This document shows positions 25,478-37,860 of a stretch of 64,000 nt of DNA, piece after piece. Source of the stretch: Mustelus asterias (Eukaryota); NCBI RefSeq assembly GCF_964213995.1, contig NC_135807.1:50096001-50160000 (forward strand), in the 5' to 3' direction. The notes under the pieces were generated by a model. It saw only the letters and a list, made by a program, of their open reading frames with translations. It ran no database searches and had not been told where the DNA came from. Every line of letters begins with the position of its first letter. Position 1 is the stretch's first letter. The position numbers and the translations under genes were made by a program.

Positions 25478-25925
25478 GGAATGTGATGGAACACTCCAAA
25501 CACCTGGGTGACAGCAGGTCCAACAACCCTTAAAAAACTTCACTCCATCCAGAACAAAGCAGCTCACTTGATTGATACCCATCCACAACTTAAGCAGTCC
25601 TCCACCAACAAACATTGGCAGCAGTTTGTATTATATACAAGATGCACTGAACCAAGGCTTCTTCGACACAACATTCAGAACCTGTGACCTCTCCCACCTA
25701 GAAGAAAAAGGACAGTAGACACATGGAACAAAACAAACTGACTTGGAACTCTATCACGTTTCCTCACTATCACGGGATCAAAATCATGGAATGCCTTCCC
25801 TCACAGTACTGTGGGTGTAACTGCTGTTGTTCAAGAAGGCACCACCGCCACTTCTCAAGGACAATTTTGGATGGCCAACAAATAGTGACCTTGCCAGTGA
25901 TGGCCACATCCCATAAGAGAACATT
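25478..25925 (+). mobile_element. Zenon-like LINE 3' end, degenerate
   Basis: Collinear with the reverse complement of 35170-35690. Confidence 0.7.
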
Positions 25926-27162
25926 AAACAAAAATTTCATCCAAGTCCAGAATCTGATCACAGTAACAGGATCACTGATTTCGTATCTCATTAGTCCAAA
26001 CAGAATTGCCAAATTTCTTTTCCAGCAACTGAAGACTTTTAACATGATAACAATTATGCCAAGTATCCCCCCCTCCCCACCCCCCCTCCCCCCCCCCCCC
26101 CCTCACACACACATCCCAAAAAAATGTGCGCCGAGTCAATACTCTCTTAATTATCTTTGGCAGTATTGTAATTTTCTTTTGTTAAAATAATCCTTGTGAC
26201 ATAGTGTCACATTTTTGGCCTCATTTTTGAGTAATAGTATGCTGACTTTGATTATTAACTCAGTGGATGCCAGAAATTGAATCAAAGACCGTAATTTTCA
26301 TACAAGCTGTTTAAGGTCATGTGATAATAGTCGTTGCTCTAGATATGTATATATATTTTATGTTTAAGGGGAATGTTTTAAAATACTTTTTTTTCTACAG
26401 GCAGTCAGTATGTCTGGGGAATGCAGCTCCAGATGCTGTGAGAGCAGGATAATTATTGCAGCCATGTAGTGATTTCTTAGGAGAGAGCGAATGGATTTTT
26501 GATAATCGTTGAAGATTTCTCCTGGGTTTTTTGATTAGGTTGATTGATGGGGTCATGTGATAATTTTAAGTCTTTAAAAGAATGTTGCTTATTTGGAACT
26601 GAAACAGTGATGAGTTAGAAATTAAAGTTGTTTCCTTTCATTTTTTAACTTTTGTTCAACTGTTAAGAGTTAAGTTTTTCATTTTGTTAAGGGTTACACT
26701 TAAACAGTGTTAATAAAGTTTGTTTTTTTACTATAAAAGATCCCTAATTTGTCAGCAGAATTAATCCCAGAATGAGGCAACCTAGCTTCACGTTTATGGC
26801 AAATTAGAAAAATTGTTCGATCTAGTTGGGCTTCCTAATAAAATTTGGAATTCTAGTCCAGGGCTCTAAGATTGAGAAAGCATTTAATAAGGAAAGTAGC
26901 ATCCTGCGTTTATAGACAGGGGCAAAAAGTACAAAGGCAAGGAAGCTATGGCAAACATTTAAAAAACACTGCTTCAGGTTCAACTGGAATGCTGTATTCA
27001 ATTCTGAGCACCATACTTTAGGATGGATGTCCAGAAGTTAGAAAAGGTGCAGAAATGATTTATAAGAACAGTCTTGGGGTGAGAGGCTTTAGTAATGTGG
27101 TCCGATGTTATATGCAAAATCATGAGATGTCTGGATCATGTGGGCAGGAAGTAGATAGAATT

Positions 27163-27402
27163 AAAAACTGAAAATGCTGAAAAATCTCAGCAGGTCAGGC
27201 AGCATCTGGGAAGAGTGAAACAGAGGGTGGAATTATTTGACCCCGCCCACCACAGGACTGGAAATTCCCATCAGAATTCATTAGACCATTCGCTGGTTCA
27301 TCAGATTTTCCGGTCCCGCCCGCAATGTTTGCCTTGGTGAGCGGGACAAGAAAATCCCACCCAGAGTTAATGTTTCAAGTCAAATATGAATCTTCTTCAA
27401 TT
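27163..27402 (-). mobile_element. Penelope-like terminal remnant (second family), split by a MITE
   Basis: AAAATGCTGAAAATCTCAGCAGGTCAGGCAGCATCT...AAACAGA|GTTAATGTTTCAAGTC; hammerhead-like TTGAAGA...GAAAC on the minus strand. Confidence 0.5.
27225..27362. mobile_element. 138-bp MITE, PIF/Harbinger-like
   Basis: Ends GGGTGGAATT / AAATCCCACCC; TSD AGA at 27222-24 and 27363-65. Confidence 0.75.
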
Positions 27403-27603
27403 CTGTTGAAGGTACAATTTCAGTTAAGGTACAAATCAGCCATGATTTAATAGAACTCTATATCTAGAGATCCTTAAAATATTCATTAAAAATGCCATAC
27501 CAAAATCAAAATTAAGTATACTGTGATGAAATAGTTGCTTGGTGCATTCAAATAAGCTAAACTAATGCTGGGATACGTCAATCAGAGACAAAAGTGGTCA
27601 TTC

Positions 27604-29322
27604 TCATAGAATCATAGAAGGAGGCCATTCGGCCCATCAAGTCTGTACCAACAACAATCCCACCCAAGCCCTATCCGTGCTTAATTACTCTGCAAATCTC
27701 TCAAACCTACCACATCCCAGGACTCTAAGGGTTCATTTAGCATGTCCAATCAACCTAACCCGTTGTTTAAGAAGGGTAGCAGGGATAACCCAGGAAATTA
27801 TAGGCCGGTGAGCTTGACGTCCGTGGTAGGGAAGTTGTTGGAGAGGATTCTTAGAGACAGGATGTATGTGCATTTAGAACGGAACAATCTCATTAGTGAC
27901 AGACAGCATGGTTTTGTAAGAGGGAGGTCGTGCCTTACAAATTTGGTGGAGTTTTTTGAGGAAGTGACAAAAACGGTTGATGAAGGAAGGGCCGTGGATG
28001 TCGTCTATATGGATTTCAGTAAGGCATTTGACAAAGTCCCACATGGCAGGTTGGTTAAGAAGGTTAAGGCTCATGGGATACAAGGAGAAGTGGCTCGATG
28101 GGTGGAGAACTGGCTTGGCCATAGGAGACAGAGGGTAGTGGTCGAAGGGTCTTTTTCCGGCTGGAGGTCTGTGACCAGTGGTGTTCCGCAGGGCTCTGAA
28201 CTGGGACCTCTGCTATTTGTGATATATATAAATGATTTGGAAGAAGGTGTAACTGGTGTAATCAGCAAGTTTGCGGATGACACAAAGATGGCTGGAATTG
28301 CGGATAGCGAAGAGCATTGTCGGGCAATACAGCAGGATATAGATAGGCTGGAAAATTGGGCGGAGAGGTGGCAGATGGAATTTAATCCGGATAAATGCGA
28401 AGTGATGCATTTTGGAAGAAATAATGTAGGGAGGAGTTATGCAATAAATGGCAGAGTCATCAGGAGTATAGAAACACAGAGGGACCTAGGTGTGCAAGTC
28501 CACAAATCCTTGAAGGTGGCAACACAGGTGGAGAAGGTGGTGAAGAAGGCATATGGTATGCTTGCCTTTATAGGACGGGGTATAGAGTATAAAAGCTGGA
28601 GTCTGATGATGCAGCTGTATAGAACGCTGGTTAGGCCGCATTTGGAGTACTGCGTCCAGTTCTGGTCGCCGCACTACCAGAAGGACGTGGAGGCATTGGA
28701 GAGAGTGCAGAGAAGGTTTACCAGGATGTTGCCTGGTATGGAGGGTCTTAGCTATGAGGAGAGATTGGGTAGACTGGGGTTGTTCTCCTTGGAAAGACGG
28801 AGAATGAGGGGAGATCTAATAGAGGTATACAAGATTATGAAGGGTATATTTAGGGTGAACAGTGGGAAGCTTTTTCCCAGGTCGGAGGTGACGATCACGA
28901 GGGTCACGGGCTCAAGCTGAGAGGGGCGAAGTATAACTCAGACATCAGAGGGACGTTTTTTACACAGAGGGTGGTGGGGGCCTGGAATGCGCTGCCAAGT
29001 AGGGTGGTGGAGGCAGGCACGCTGACATCGTTTAAGACTTACCTGGATAGTCACATGAGCAGCCTGGGAATGGAGGGATACAAACGATTGGTCTAGTTGG
29101 ACCAAGGAGCGGCACAGGCTTGGAGGGCCGAAGGGCCTGTTTCCTGTGCTGTACTGTTCTTTGTTCTTTGTTCTTTATCTTTGGACTGTGGGAGGAAACC
29201 GGAGCACCCGGAAGAAACCCATGCAAACACAGGGAGAACGTGAAAACTCCACATAGACAAGTTGGGAATCAAACCCAGGTCCCTGGAGCTGTGAGGCAGC
29301 AGTGCTAACCACTGTGCCACCC
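27604..29322 (-). mobile_element. HE1-type V-SINE split by a CR1 insertion
   Basis: SINE tail 27604-27761 and head 29178-29322 rejoin as AACCTAACCCG(cac)ATCTTTGGACTG. Confidence 0.85.
27760..29177 (+). mobile_element. Young CR1 LINE fragment with an uninterrupted RT domain (ORF 27742-28920)
   Basis: PLFKKG, NYRPVSLTS, QHGF..GRSCLTNL, YMDFSKAFDKVPH, GVPQGS, KFADDTK; one late frameshift; (TTGTTCT)n tail. Confidence 0.97.
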
Positions 29323-31940
29323 TTCTCAAAAGATTAATAATAAATTGCATACACTAAACCAATCGAAAAAGTATTCCATTTGCTTTGTTGTTGCCGTTGT
29401 AGAGGTCAAACATTCTATTCCATTTTCTACTAATTCTACTAATGGACTATGCGATTGGAACCCTGCCACAAAAAGTTTAAAATCAGTCCCAGTTATGAAC
29501 ATTATGTTATCCCTGATTTACCGTGGGCACGACTCATTTTTAAAATATTGCATAATGGCAGTCCTAAATCTTAATTTGGAAGGTATATACTTATATGACA
29601 AAAGAAATTAATGCACTCTCAAAAAACATGATTATGTTCAAAATCCCAGTGTGCAATGCACTGGTTCATATATTTGCTTGAGATTTCTCCATTTTATGTT
29701 TCAACCGAATTGTTAACCCTATATAATAACTAGATCGTGCTCCACTAATCATGACCAAATATAATTTTGGACTCATCCCTCTGCCAGACATGCCAAAGCA
29801 CGTTCCAAGATGATTTGCTTCAATTCTAAAACATTTTCTTTCCCTTCCCTCCAATTTTCCCCATTCTCTTGCGGAAATACTGACTGCTGTTAGGGTATGG
29901 TTCCACAGACACAACAAACCTGTAATGGAAACCCTGCCTCACATTTTGCTTCCTAATCACTGTTCCTGTGGCTGATTGAAGTGCAATATTATCAGTGAGC
30001 TGGCTGAGATTAGTTAACTCAGCAGAGACCTCAGCTTAAATCTTAGACCTTCACCATTCGCATGTTTCATGTGTACACAAAACAAAGCAACCAACAACCA
30101 AGTCAACTGGAGAGTGTTTCTTCTTTTTATACCCATTGCATATTGACCTGCTCCCAGTTACTTGTCAATAAAGCTCTTGAGCCAAGCATTAAGAATTGAC
30201 TTGGCCTTTTCAATGACTTGCTGCCATTACCTGATCGGGAATCAGAGATAAATGCCCATCTCTTCCATGACACAAAGATTTGAAGCAACTCAGTATATTG
30301 ACGTTTGTCCTACATGGCTCAGGTATGTTATTTGTAAATGGAAAAAGAGTCAACGTGCAAAAAAAAAGACAATGCAATTAATTAACTACTCAATCCGCAC
30401 TCTGATAAGATATCTTCGGGACATGACATTCTACCATACTAGAACATGGTTAGATTCTGAAACTTGTCTAATTCCTGCACGACAGTTATCACTCTTTGTT
30501 GTAAGGTAAAATTTGGAGGTGATTATTAAATCCCACTTTAAAACTCGAAAATCATGCAGGCATAAAAATAGAGTTGGATACCACCTTCGTGAGCTCTTGA
30601 TCTCAGTGTATAATCTCACAGAAATTAAATACAATGTATTAATCCCTATTCAACGGGAACAAACGCCAATGGTGAATAAGAACCAATTATCTTTGAAAGA
30701 GCGACTGTTATCAAAAAGTGTTATGTCAGAATGGGATATTTCTGCTTGTACAAAACCAAAAAATAGTGTGTGTTGTAACATGAAGCAAAGACATATATAA
30801 TCTACGTTTACGATACACACAGATACACACAAGAAATAGAGAGAACATGTTCACATGCTGCATAAACTCAAGTATGCTGGACTACAATTTAAAAATGGTT
30901 CTTCATCTGCATTTAAAACCGATTATATATTTGATGCCTGTTTATAATCAATCACACAACAAGCTCCTGGTGGCTTCTTTCCCACTGCCCAAAGATTAGG
31001 GTCTCATCCAAAGTTACCATAATGTTTTCTCTCTCTCCACAGTAATGTATGAATTATGTTGTGAATGCTGTCACCCTGCTGTCTCATTCAATAGACTGAT
31101 GGCACAGTTGCTGTTTTCTTCCAAGGGCAATTTGTAACATGGTGTGAAACTGCCTGATTTGCCCCAGAGACGATGGATCAACTTCTTTATTTATCTCAAC
31201 GCGGGTGGGGGCAGAGAAGAAAATCTCCTCTGGGTGAATTTCATTTCAATCTCATTTTAAACCGATTGAACTTCATGGCTTATTGTTTCGTGGCCCTTAA
31301 GTAAATGAAGTTTGCGAGGTTGCAGTCGTATTGCTTTGCAACAGAAGCCTTGCATGAAAAACTGCCTCTCGATTCGTCATAAATCAGTATTTGATGTCGA
31401 ACAGTCTTCGCATTTCCTCTTCTTTTTTTCCCTTGGACTCTCTTGTCCATACAGGCATACGTTGATTTTCTATAACAGCGCCGATGGTCCAATGTCATAT
31501 TCCATTCATTTTACATTACCTCTCTGTTGTAATATTTAGATTTTAAAAAATAAACTTTCATCTCTATTTCATAATGATTTGTCAGAATACACGAAGCCCA
31601 GACTGCAATTTACAATGTCAGTTACACTCTAATGAACCCAATGTTTTAATTACTAAATGTGTGAAGGAAGCAAGTGTCCATTCGGCAAGTAATTTAAAGT
31701 TCTGACTACCACTGTGTAGTTAGGTCCGGTTAAAAAAAAAGGAACAAGACTAAATGGTCACTTCTACTTAATAAACTGACCTTTACAGCACTAAATTGTA
31801 ACCCCTTGCAGATTACTTTATTTACCTGCTTGGTGGCCTTAACCCTTGACTTGTCCGAATTTCATTTAAAGGAACGTTAGTTAACAAGACTATCCAATTC
31901 ACTAGATGTGACAATTTCCTGAATGAGTAACCATACTTAC

Positions 31941-31977
31941 ATCTCTGGTTGCGGCGTTTGCCTTTAACCATGCTCAT
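31941..31977 (-). CDS. Candidate first coding exon (MSMVKGKRRNQR, phase 1), gene unidentified
   Basis: First ATG after an in-frame TAG; AGAT|GTAAGTAT donor; lies in a CpG-retaining, repeat-poor block. Confidence 0.4.
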
Positions 31978-32629
31978 TCTAAACGGGTCCAGGGTTCTTC
32001 TATAGTAATCCTATGCCCGGACAGTTAATGCAAACGCTTCTCCGTCTTCTCAGGGAGGCAGTTGCTCTACTCACCGACCAGTGATCTAACACCGGTAGGC
32101 TGGATGCTACCAATTCACATGAAATAACAGGGGAGGGAGAGCCTCCATTCTGCAGTCTTTCTCACTGCGAATCTTAAAGATAAATCTTTCATCCAATTCT
32201 GTTTCGCGCAAAACAAAATGCTCTCAACGGACCAGATGAAACGAAGATAGAATGTGTACCAAACCAATTATGTTTCTGCTCAATCTTAAACCAGAATTTT
32301 CCATTGTTCCCCTGTTAAATATTGTTTTTTTTATCTGCATTTCGCACATTCTAAGTGATTTTCAGAAGAGTTCATCACTTCATACACAGTTTGCTGGTAT
32401 GTGCAACATTAGTGAGCACACGGCTGACACTGCATTCAGAATTTTACATGCAAGTTAAGTCTGTTGCTGGACCTGAAATGATGCATTTCAGTTTCATTTC
32501 CAAATACCTGACCACACCTGACCCAGAGATGCAGATACACCTGTTGTATTTTTAAATAAGAGGTGCAGATGAACAGATATTTTCACCCCACCCGCAAACA
32601 ATGGTAAAAGCTGGCATTAACTGGATGGC

Positions 32630-32961
32630 ACATTGCCAACTGTGGTTGAGTATATCTGGAGGATTCATCACCTCACCCATCTCCGAGCTTGATTACCCAT
32701 CCTCATGACACACCACCTCCCCACACCCATTAGAAAGTGAGAGGGCTCCTGAAAACCTAACTGATCGATGCTTTACCGTCAGTCAGCAAGTTTTTGTTCA
32801 ATCTCCAAAATTACTAATAAACAGACAGTCAAAAAAAATTAAAAAGACACTTTATTCAATGTCACTCTGATTTTTCTCCAGGGTTGCTCACAGCAGAGTC
32901 TTAGAGATTAATTTCTGATCCCAGGAAACTCCAGACTAATCCTGGAGTACTGGCAACTCTA
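32630..32961. mobile_element. Old non-autonomous DNA-transposon-like remnant
   Basis: TTGCCAAC...TGGCAACTCTA inverted ends. Confidence 0.3.
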
Positions 32962-33104
32962 AATGGATGATTGCTGTTCCAGAAAAGTCTGGGCAAGGCA
33001 TCACCATGTTCCCTATTCGGCCACTCAGCTACTTAAAGCCAGTATTGCATTTGAATAAATGTACCTCCACACATCTTAGCATTCTTTTTATTTGTTTGTG
33101 TGGA

Positions 33105-33395
33105 TTATAGAGTTATAGAAATCCTACAGTGCAGAAGGAGGCCATTCGGCCCATTGAGCCAGAACCAACAACAATCCCACTCAGGCCCTATCTCGTAATC
33201 CCATGTATTTATCTGACGCTAAGGGCTAATTTAGCATGGCCAATCAACCTAACCCACATATCTTTGAACTGTGTGGGGAAACTGGAGAACCCAGAGGAAA
33301 CACACGCAGACATAGGGAGAACATGCAAACTCCACACAGTCACTTGAGGCCGGAATTGAATCCTGGTCCCCGGCACTGTGAGGCAGCATACTAAC
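33105..33395 (-). mobile_element. HE1-type V-SINE
   Basis: ATAGAAATCCTACAGTGCAGAAGGAGGCC...GGAATTGAATCC. Confidence 0.85.
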
Positions 33396-33631
33396 CAGTG
33401 TTAGCACTGCTGCCTCACCATGCTGTATGAAGGAGAGATTGAAATATGTTTATCTTTCCTACTCATGGTGGGAATGTGACTACCGGGCTGTAGCTCAAAT
33501 CTGTGGCTTTACAAACTTGTGAATTGTACAAACTGAGGCCAAAACTCGAACAATACTTCCAATAGATTTCTGCATGCACCAATGTTTAACCATCATAACA
33601 ACATTTTATACCATGCCAGATGTAACTGATG

Positions 33632-34948
33632 TATCTGGATATAAACTGTCCCATTGGGAAGACGCAGAATGGGTTCATGAAGGGCAGGTCATGTTTTGGC
33701 TAATTTGGTGGAATTCTTTGAAAACATTATGTACGCAGTGGACAATGGGGAACCTGTGGATGTGGTGTATCTGGATTTCCAGAAGGCATTTGACAAGATG
33801 CCGCACCAAAGGCTGCTGCATAAGATAAAGGTGCATGGTGTTATGGGTAATGTATTAGCATGGATAGTGGATTGGTTAACTAACAGAAAGCAAAGAGTGG
33901 GGGTAATTGGGTGTTTTTCTGGTTGGCGATCAGTGACTAGTGGTGTGCCTCAGGGATCAGTGTTGGGCCCGCAATTGTTTACGATTTACATAGATGATTT
34001 GGAGTTGGGGACCAGGTGTAGTGTGTCAAAATTCACAGATGACACTAAGATGGGTGGAAGAGCAAAGTGTGCAGAGGATGCTGAAAGTCTGCAAAGGGAT
34101 ATAGATAGTCTAAGTGAGTGGGCGAGGGTCTGGCAGATGGAGTACAATGTTGGTAAATGTGAGGTCATCCATTTTGGTAGGAATAACAGCAAAATGGACT
34201 ATTATGTAAATAGTAAAAAATTGCAGCACGCTGGAGTGTCCTTGTGCATGAATCACAAAAAGTTAGTTTGCAGGTGCAGCAGGTAATTAAGAAGGCAAAT
34301 GGAATTTTGTCCTTCATTGCGAGAGGGATGGAATTTAAAAACAGTAAGGTTATGTTGCAGCTGTATAAGGTGCTGGTGAGGCCACACCTGGAGTAATGTG
34401 TACAATTTTGGTCTCCTTACTTGAGAAAGGATACACTGGCACTGGAGGGGGTACAGAGGAGATTCATTAGGTTGATTCTGAAGTGAGAGGGTTGGCTTAT
34501 GAGGGAGACTGAGTAGACTGGGGCTAAACTCATTGGAATTCAGAAGAATGAGGGGAGATCTTATAGAAACATATAAGATTATGAAGGGAATAGATAAGAT
34601 AGAAGCAGGGAAGTTGTTTCCACTGGCAGGCGAAACTAAAACTAGGGGGCATGGACTCAAAATAAGGGGGAGCAGATTTAGGACTGAGTTGAGAAGGAAC
34701 TTCTTCACACAAAGGGTTATGAATCTGTGGAATTCCCTGCCTAGTGAAGCAGTTGATGGTACCCCACTGAATGTTTTTAAGGGAAGGATAGATAAATTTT
34801 TGAACAGTAAAGGAATTAAGGGTTATGGTGAGCGGGCGGGTACATGGTGCTGAATCCACAAAAAGATCAGCCATGATCTTATTGAATGGCGGCGCAGGCT
34901 CGAGGGGCCAGATGGCCTACTCCTGCTCCTAGTTCTTATGTTCTTATG
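33632..34948 (+). mobile_element. CR1 LINE 3' fragment (same subfamily as 2780-5258)
   Basis: ORFs 33696-34286 and 34533-34853 with RT motifs; (GTTCTTAT)2 tail. Confidence 0.95.
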
Positions 34949-35167
34949 TCATGTACTTGCGAATAAACAGAAAGTTCAAAGGACACTGGATACATGTGCA
35001 AATGTCACATATAGGGAGATGGTTTTCAGAACAATACAAGAAAATTGGTTTTGTCATAGCATGGGTGGCCTAACAGTATGGTTGCAGGAATATTATGGAA
35101 GACTCTTGTCTCAACTAAACCAGTGAAAATAAGGAACTGACTGAAGGTGAACCAGATGCCCCATAGG

Positions 35168-37368
35168 GTTTTTCTTTTATTCATTCGTGGGACATGGGTG
35201 TCGCTGGCCCGCCAGCATTTATTGCCCATCCCTAGTTGCCCTACAGAAGGTGGTGGTGAGCTGCCTTCTTGAATTGCTGCAGTCCATGTGCTGTGGGTTG
35301 ACCCACAATGCCATTCGGGAGGGAATTTCAGGATTTCGACCCAGCGACTGCGAAGGAACAGCGATATATTTCCAAGTCAGGATGGTGAGTGACTTGGAGG
35401 GGAACTTGCAGGTGGTAGTGTTCCCATTTATCTGCTGCTCTTGTCCTTCTAGATGGAAGTGGTTGTGGGTTTGGAAGGTGCTGTCTAAGGATCTTTGGTG
35501 AATTGCTGCAATGCATCTTGTAGATAGTACACACTGCTGCTACTGAGCGTCGGTGGTGGAGAGATTGAATATTTGTAGAGTGGTGCCAATCAAGCAGGCT
35601 GCTTTGTCCTGGATGGTGTCAAGCCTCTTGAGTGTTGTTGGAGCTGCACCCATCCAGACAAGTGGGGAGTATTCCATCACACTCCTGACTTGTGCCTTGT
35701 GGATGGTGGATAAGCTTTGGGGAGTCAGGAGGTGAGTTACTCGCTGCAGTATTCCGAGCCTCTGACCTGCTCTTGTAGCCACTGTGTTTATGTGGCGAGT
35801 CCAGTTGAGTTTTTGCTCAATGGTAACCCCAAGAATGTTGACAGTGGGGGATTCAGTGATGGTTACACCATTAAATGTTAAGGGCGATGATTAGAGTGTC
35901 TCTTATTGGTGATGGTCAGTGCTTGGCATTTGTGTGGTGCGAATGTTACCTGCTGTTTGTCAACCCAAGCCTGGATATTGTCCAGATCTTGTTGCATTTG
36001 AACATGAACTGTTTCAGTGTCTGAGGAGTCGCGAATTGTGCGAACATTGTGCAATCATCAGCGAACATCCCCACTTCTGACCTTATGATGGGTCATTGAT
36101 GAAGCAGCTGAAGATTGTTGGGCCTAGGACACTACCCTGAGGGACTCCTACAGAGATGGCCTGGAGCTGAGATGACTCCACAACCACAACTATCATCCTC
36201 TGTGCCAGGTATGACTCCAACCAGCGGAGAGTTTGTCCCCTGATATCCATTGATTCCAGTATCCCTAGGTTTCCTTGATGCCACTCTTGGTCGAATGCGG
36301 CCTTGATGTCAAGGGCTGTCACTCTCACCTCACCTCTGGAATTCAGCTCTTTTGTCCATGTTTGAACCAAGGCTGTAATGAGGTCAGGAGCTGAGTGACC
36401 CTGGCAAAACCCAAACTGGGCATCACTCAGCAGGTTATTGATGAGCAGGTGCTGCATGATAGCACTGTTGATGAATCCTTCCATCACTTTGCTGATGATC
36501 AAGAGTAGACCGATTGGGCGATAATTGGCTGGGTTGGATTTGTCCTGCTTTTTGTGTACAGGACATACCTGGGCAATTTACCACATTGTTGGGTCAATGC
36601 CAGTGTTGTAACTGTACTGGAAGAACTTGGCTAGGTGAGTGACAAGTTCTGGAATACAAGTCTTCAATACTATTGCTGGAATGTTATCAGGACCCATTGC
36701 CTTTGCAGTATCCAGTGCCTCCAACCGTTTCTTGATATCACGTGGAGTGAATCGAATTGGCTGGAGGAGGCCGAGATGGATCATCCACTCGGCACTTCTA
36801 GCTGAAGATTGTTGCAAATACTTCAAACTTATCTTTGGCACTGACGTGCTGGGCTCCTCCATCAATGAGGATGGGGATATTTGTGGAGCCTCCTCCTCCA
36901 GGGAGTTGTTTAATTGTCCACCACCATTCACAACTGGATGTGGAACGACTTCAGAGCTTAGATCTGATCTGTTGGTTGTGGGATCGCTTAGCTCTGTCTA
37001 TCACTTGCTGTTTGGCATACAAGTAGTCCTGTTTTGTAGCTTCACCAGGTTGACACTTCATTTTAAGGAATGCCTGGAGCTGCTCCTGGCATGCCCTCCT
37101 GCACTCTCCATTGAACCAGCGTTGATCCCCTGGCTTGATGGTAATGGTTGAGTGGGGGATATGCCAGGCCATGAGGTTGCAGATTGTGCTGGAGTACAGT
37201 TCTGCTGCAGTTGATGGTCCACAGGGCCTCATGGATGCCCAGTCTTGAGTTGCTAGATCGGTTCGAAGTCTGTCCCATTTAGTACGGTGATGGTGCCACA
37301 CAACACGATGGAGATTATTGTCAAAGTGAAGGCGGGACTTCGTCTCCACAAGGATTGTGCAGTGGTCC
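35168..37368 (-). mobile_element. Zenon-like CR1/L2-group LINE, 2.2-kb 3' portion
   Basis: [50 protein letters not shown] motifs; ends GAATGAATAAAAG. The clade name is from recalled motif similarity. Confidence 0.85.
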
Positions 37369-37771
37369 CCACAGGGTAAGTGAACAAAAATTGAAGAAGT
37401 TGATCTGTGGCACTCTTGCCTACTTCTGAGTGACTGGTTGCAAATCAGCCTTGTGAAGGGATGGAGAATAATTCGGCAACACTCTGTCTCAAATTAGGGA
37501 TAGTGAATGGAGCAAAGAAAGACATTAAGGCAGGGAAAGTAATACTGCACAATGTGGCAGCAAAATTTCATGTCATGATTTGACAGTGAGCATAATGTCG
37601 TCAGAAAGATTAGTATAATCTAATTAGAACCATGGAATGATACAACACAGAAGGCCATTCAACCATCATGCTTATGCCAGCTCTTCTGTTTTCCATATTA
37701 CTATACTTCAAAAAGCTTATGATTCCAAATAAATCTGTTAGACTTTAACCTGGTGTTTATGAGACTTCTTA

Positions 37772-37860
37772 CTATACTTCAGAAATACTTCATTGGCTGC
37801 AAAGTGCTTTGACATGTCTTGTGGTCATGAAAAGTGCTCTGTAAATGCAAGCCTTTCTCT
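37772..37860 (+). mobile_element. Deu-type (SacSINE1/AmnSINE1-like) SINE 3' remnant
   Basis: CTTCAGAAATACTTCATTGGCTGCAAAGTGCTTTG...AAATGCAAG. Confidence 0.6.

Noticed and set aside
10116-26103. Poly-C and poly-G tracts (10116-10162, 22334-22362, 22924-22947, 26067-26102) as functional G-quadruplexes
   Set aside because: Simple homopolymer expansions, at least two inside repeats, with no evidence of function; lengths are prone to sequencing error.
26340-26872. Possible old Gypsy solo LTR
   Set aside because: Only a vague resemblance (AATAAA, 3' end); no clear TG..CA or TSD.
27742-28920. 392-aa ORF as a host gene or a retron/defence RT
   Set aside because: It has standard CR1 ORF2 motifs, a 5' truncation, a CR1 tail and several paralogous decayed copies in the window.
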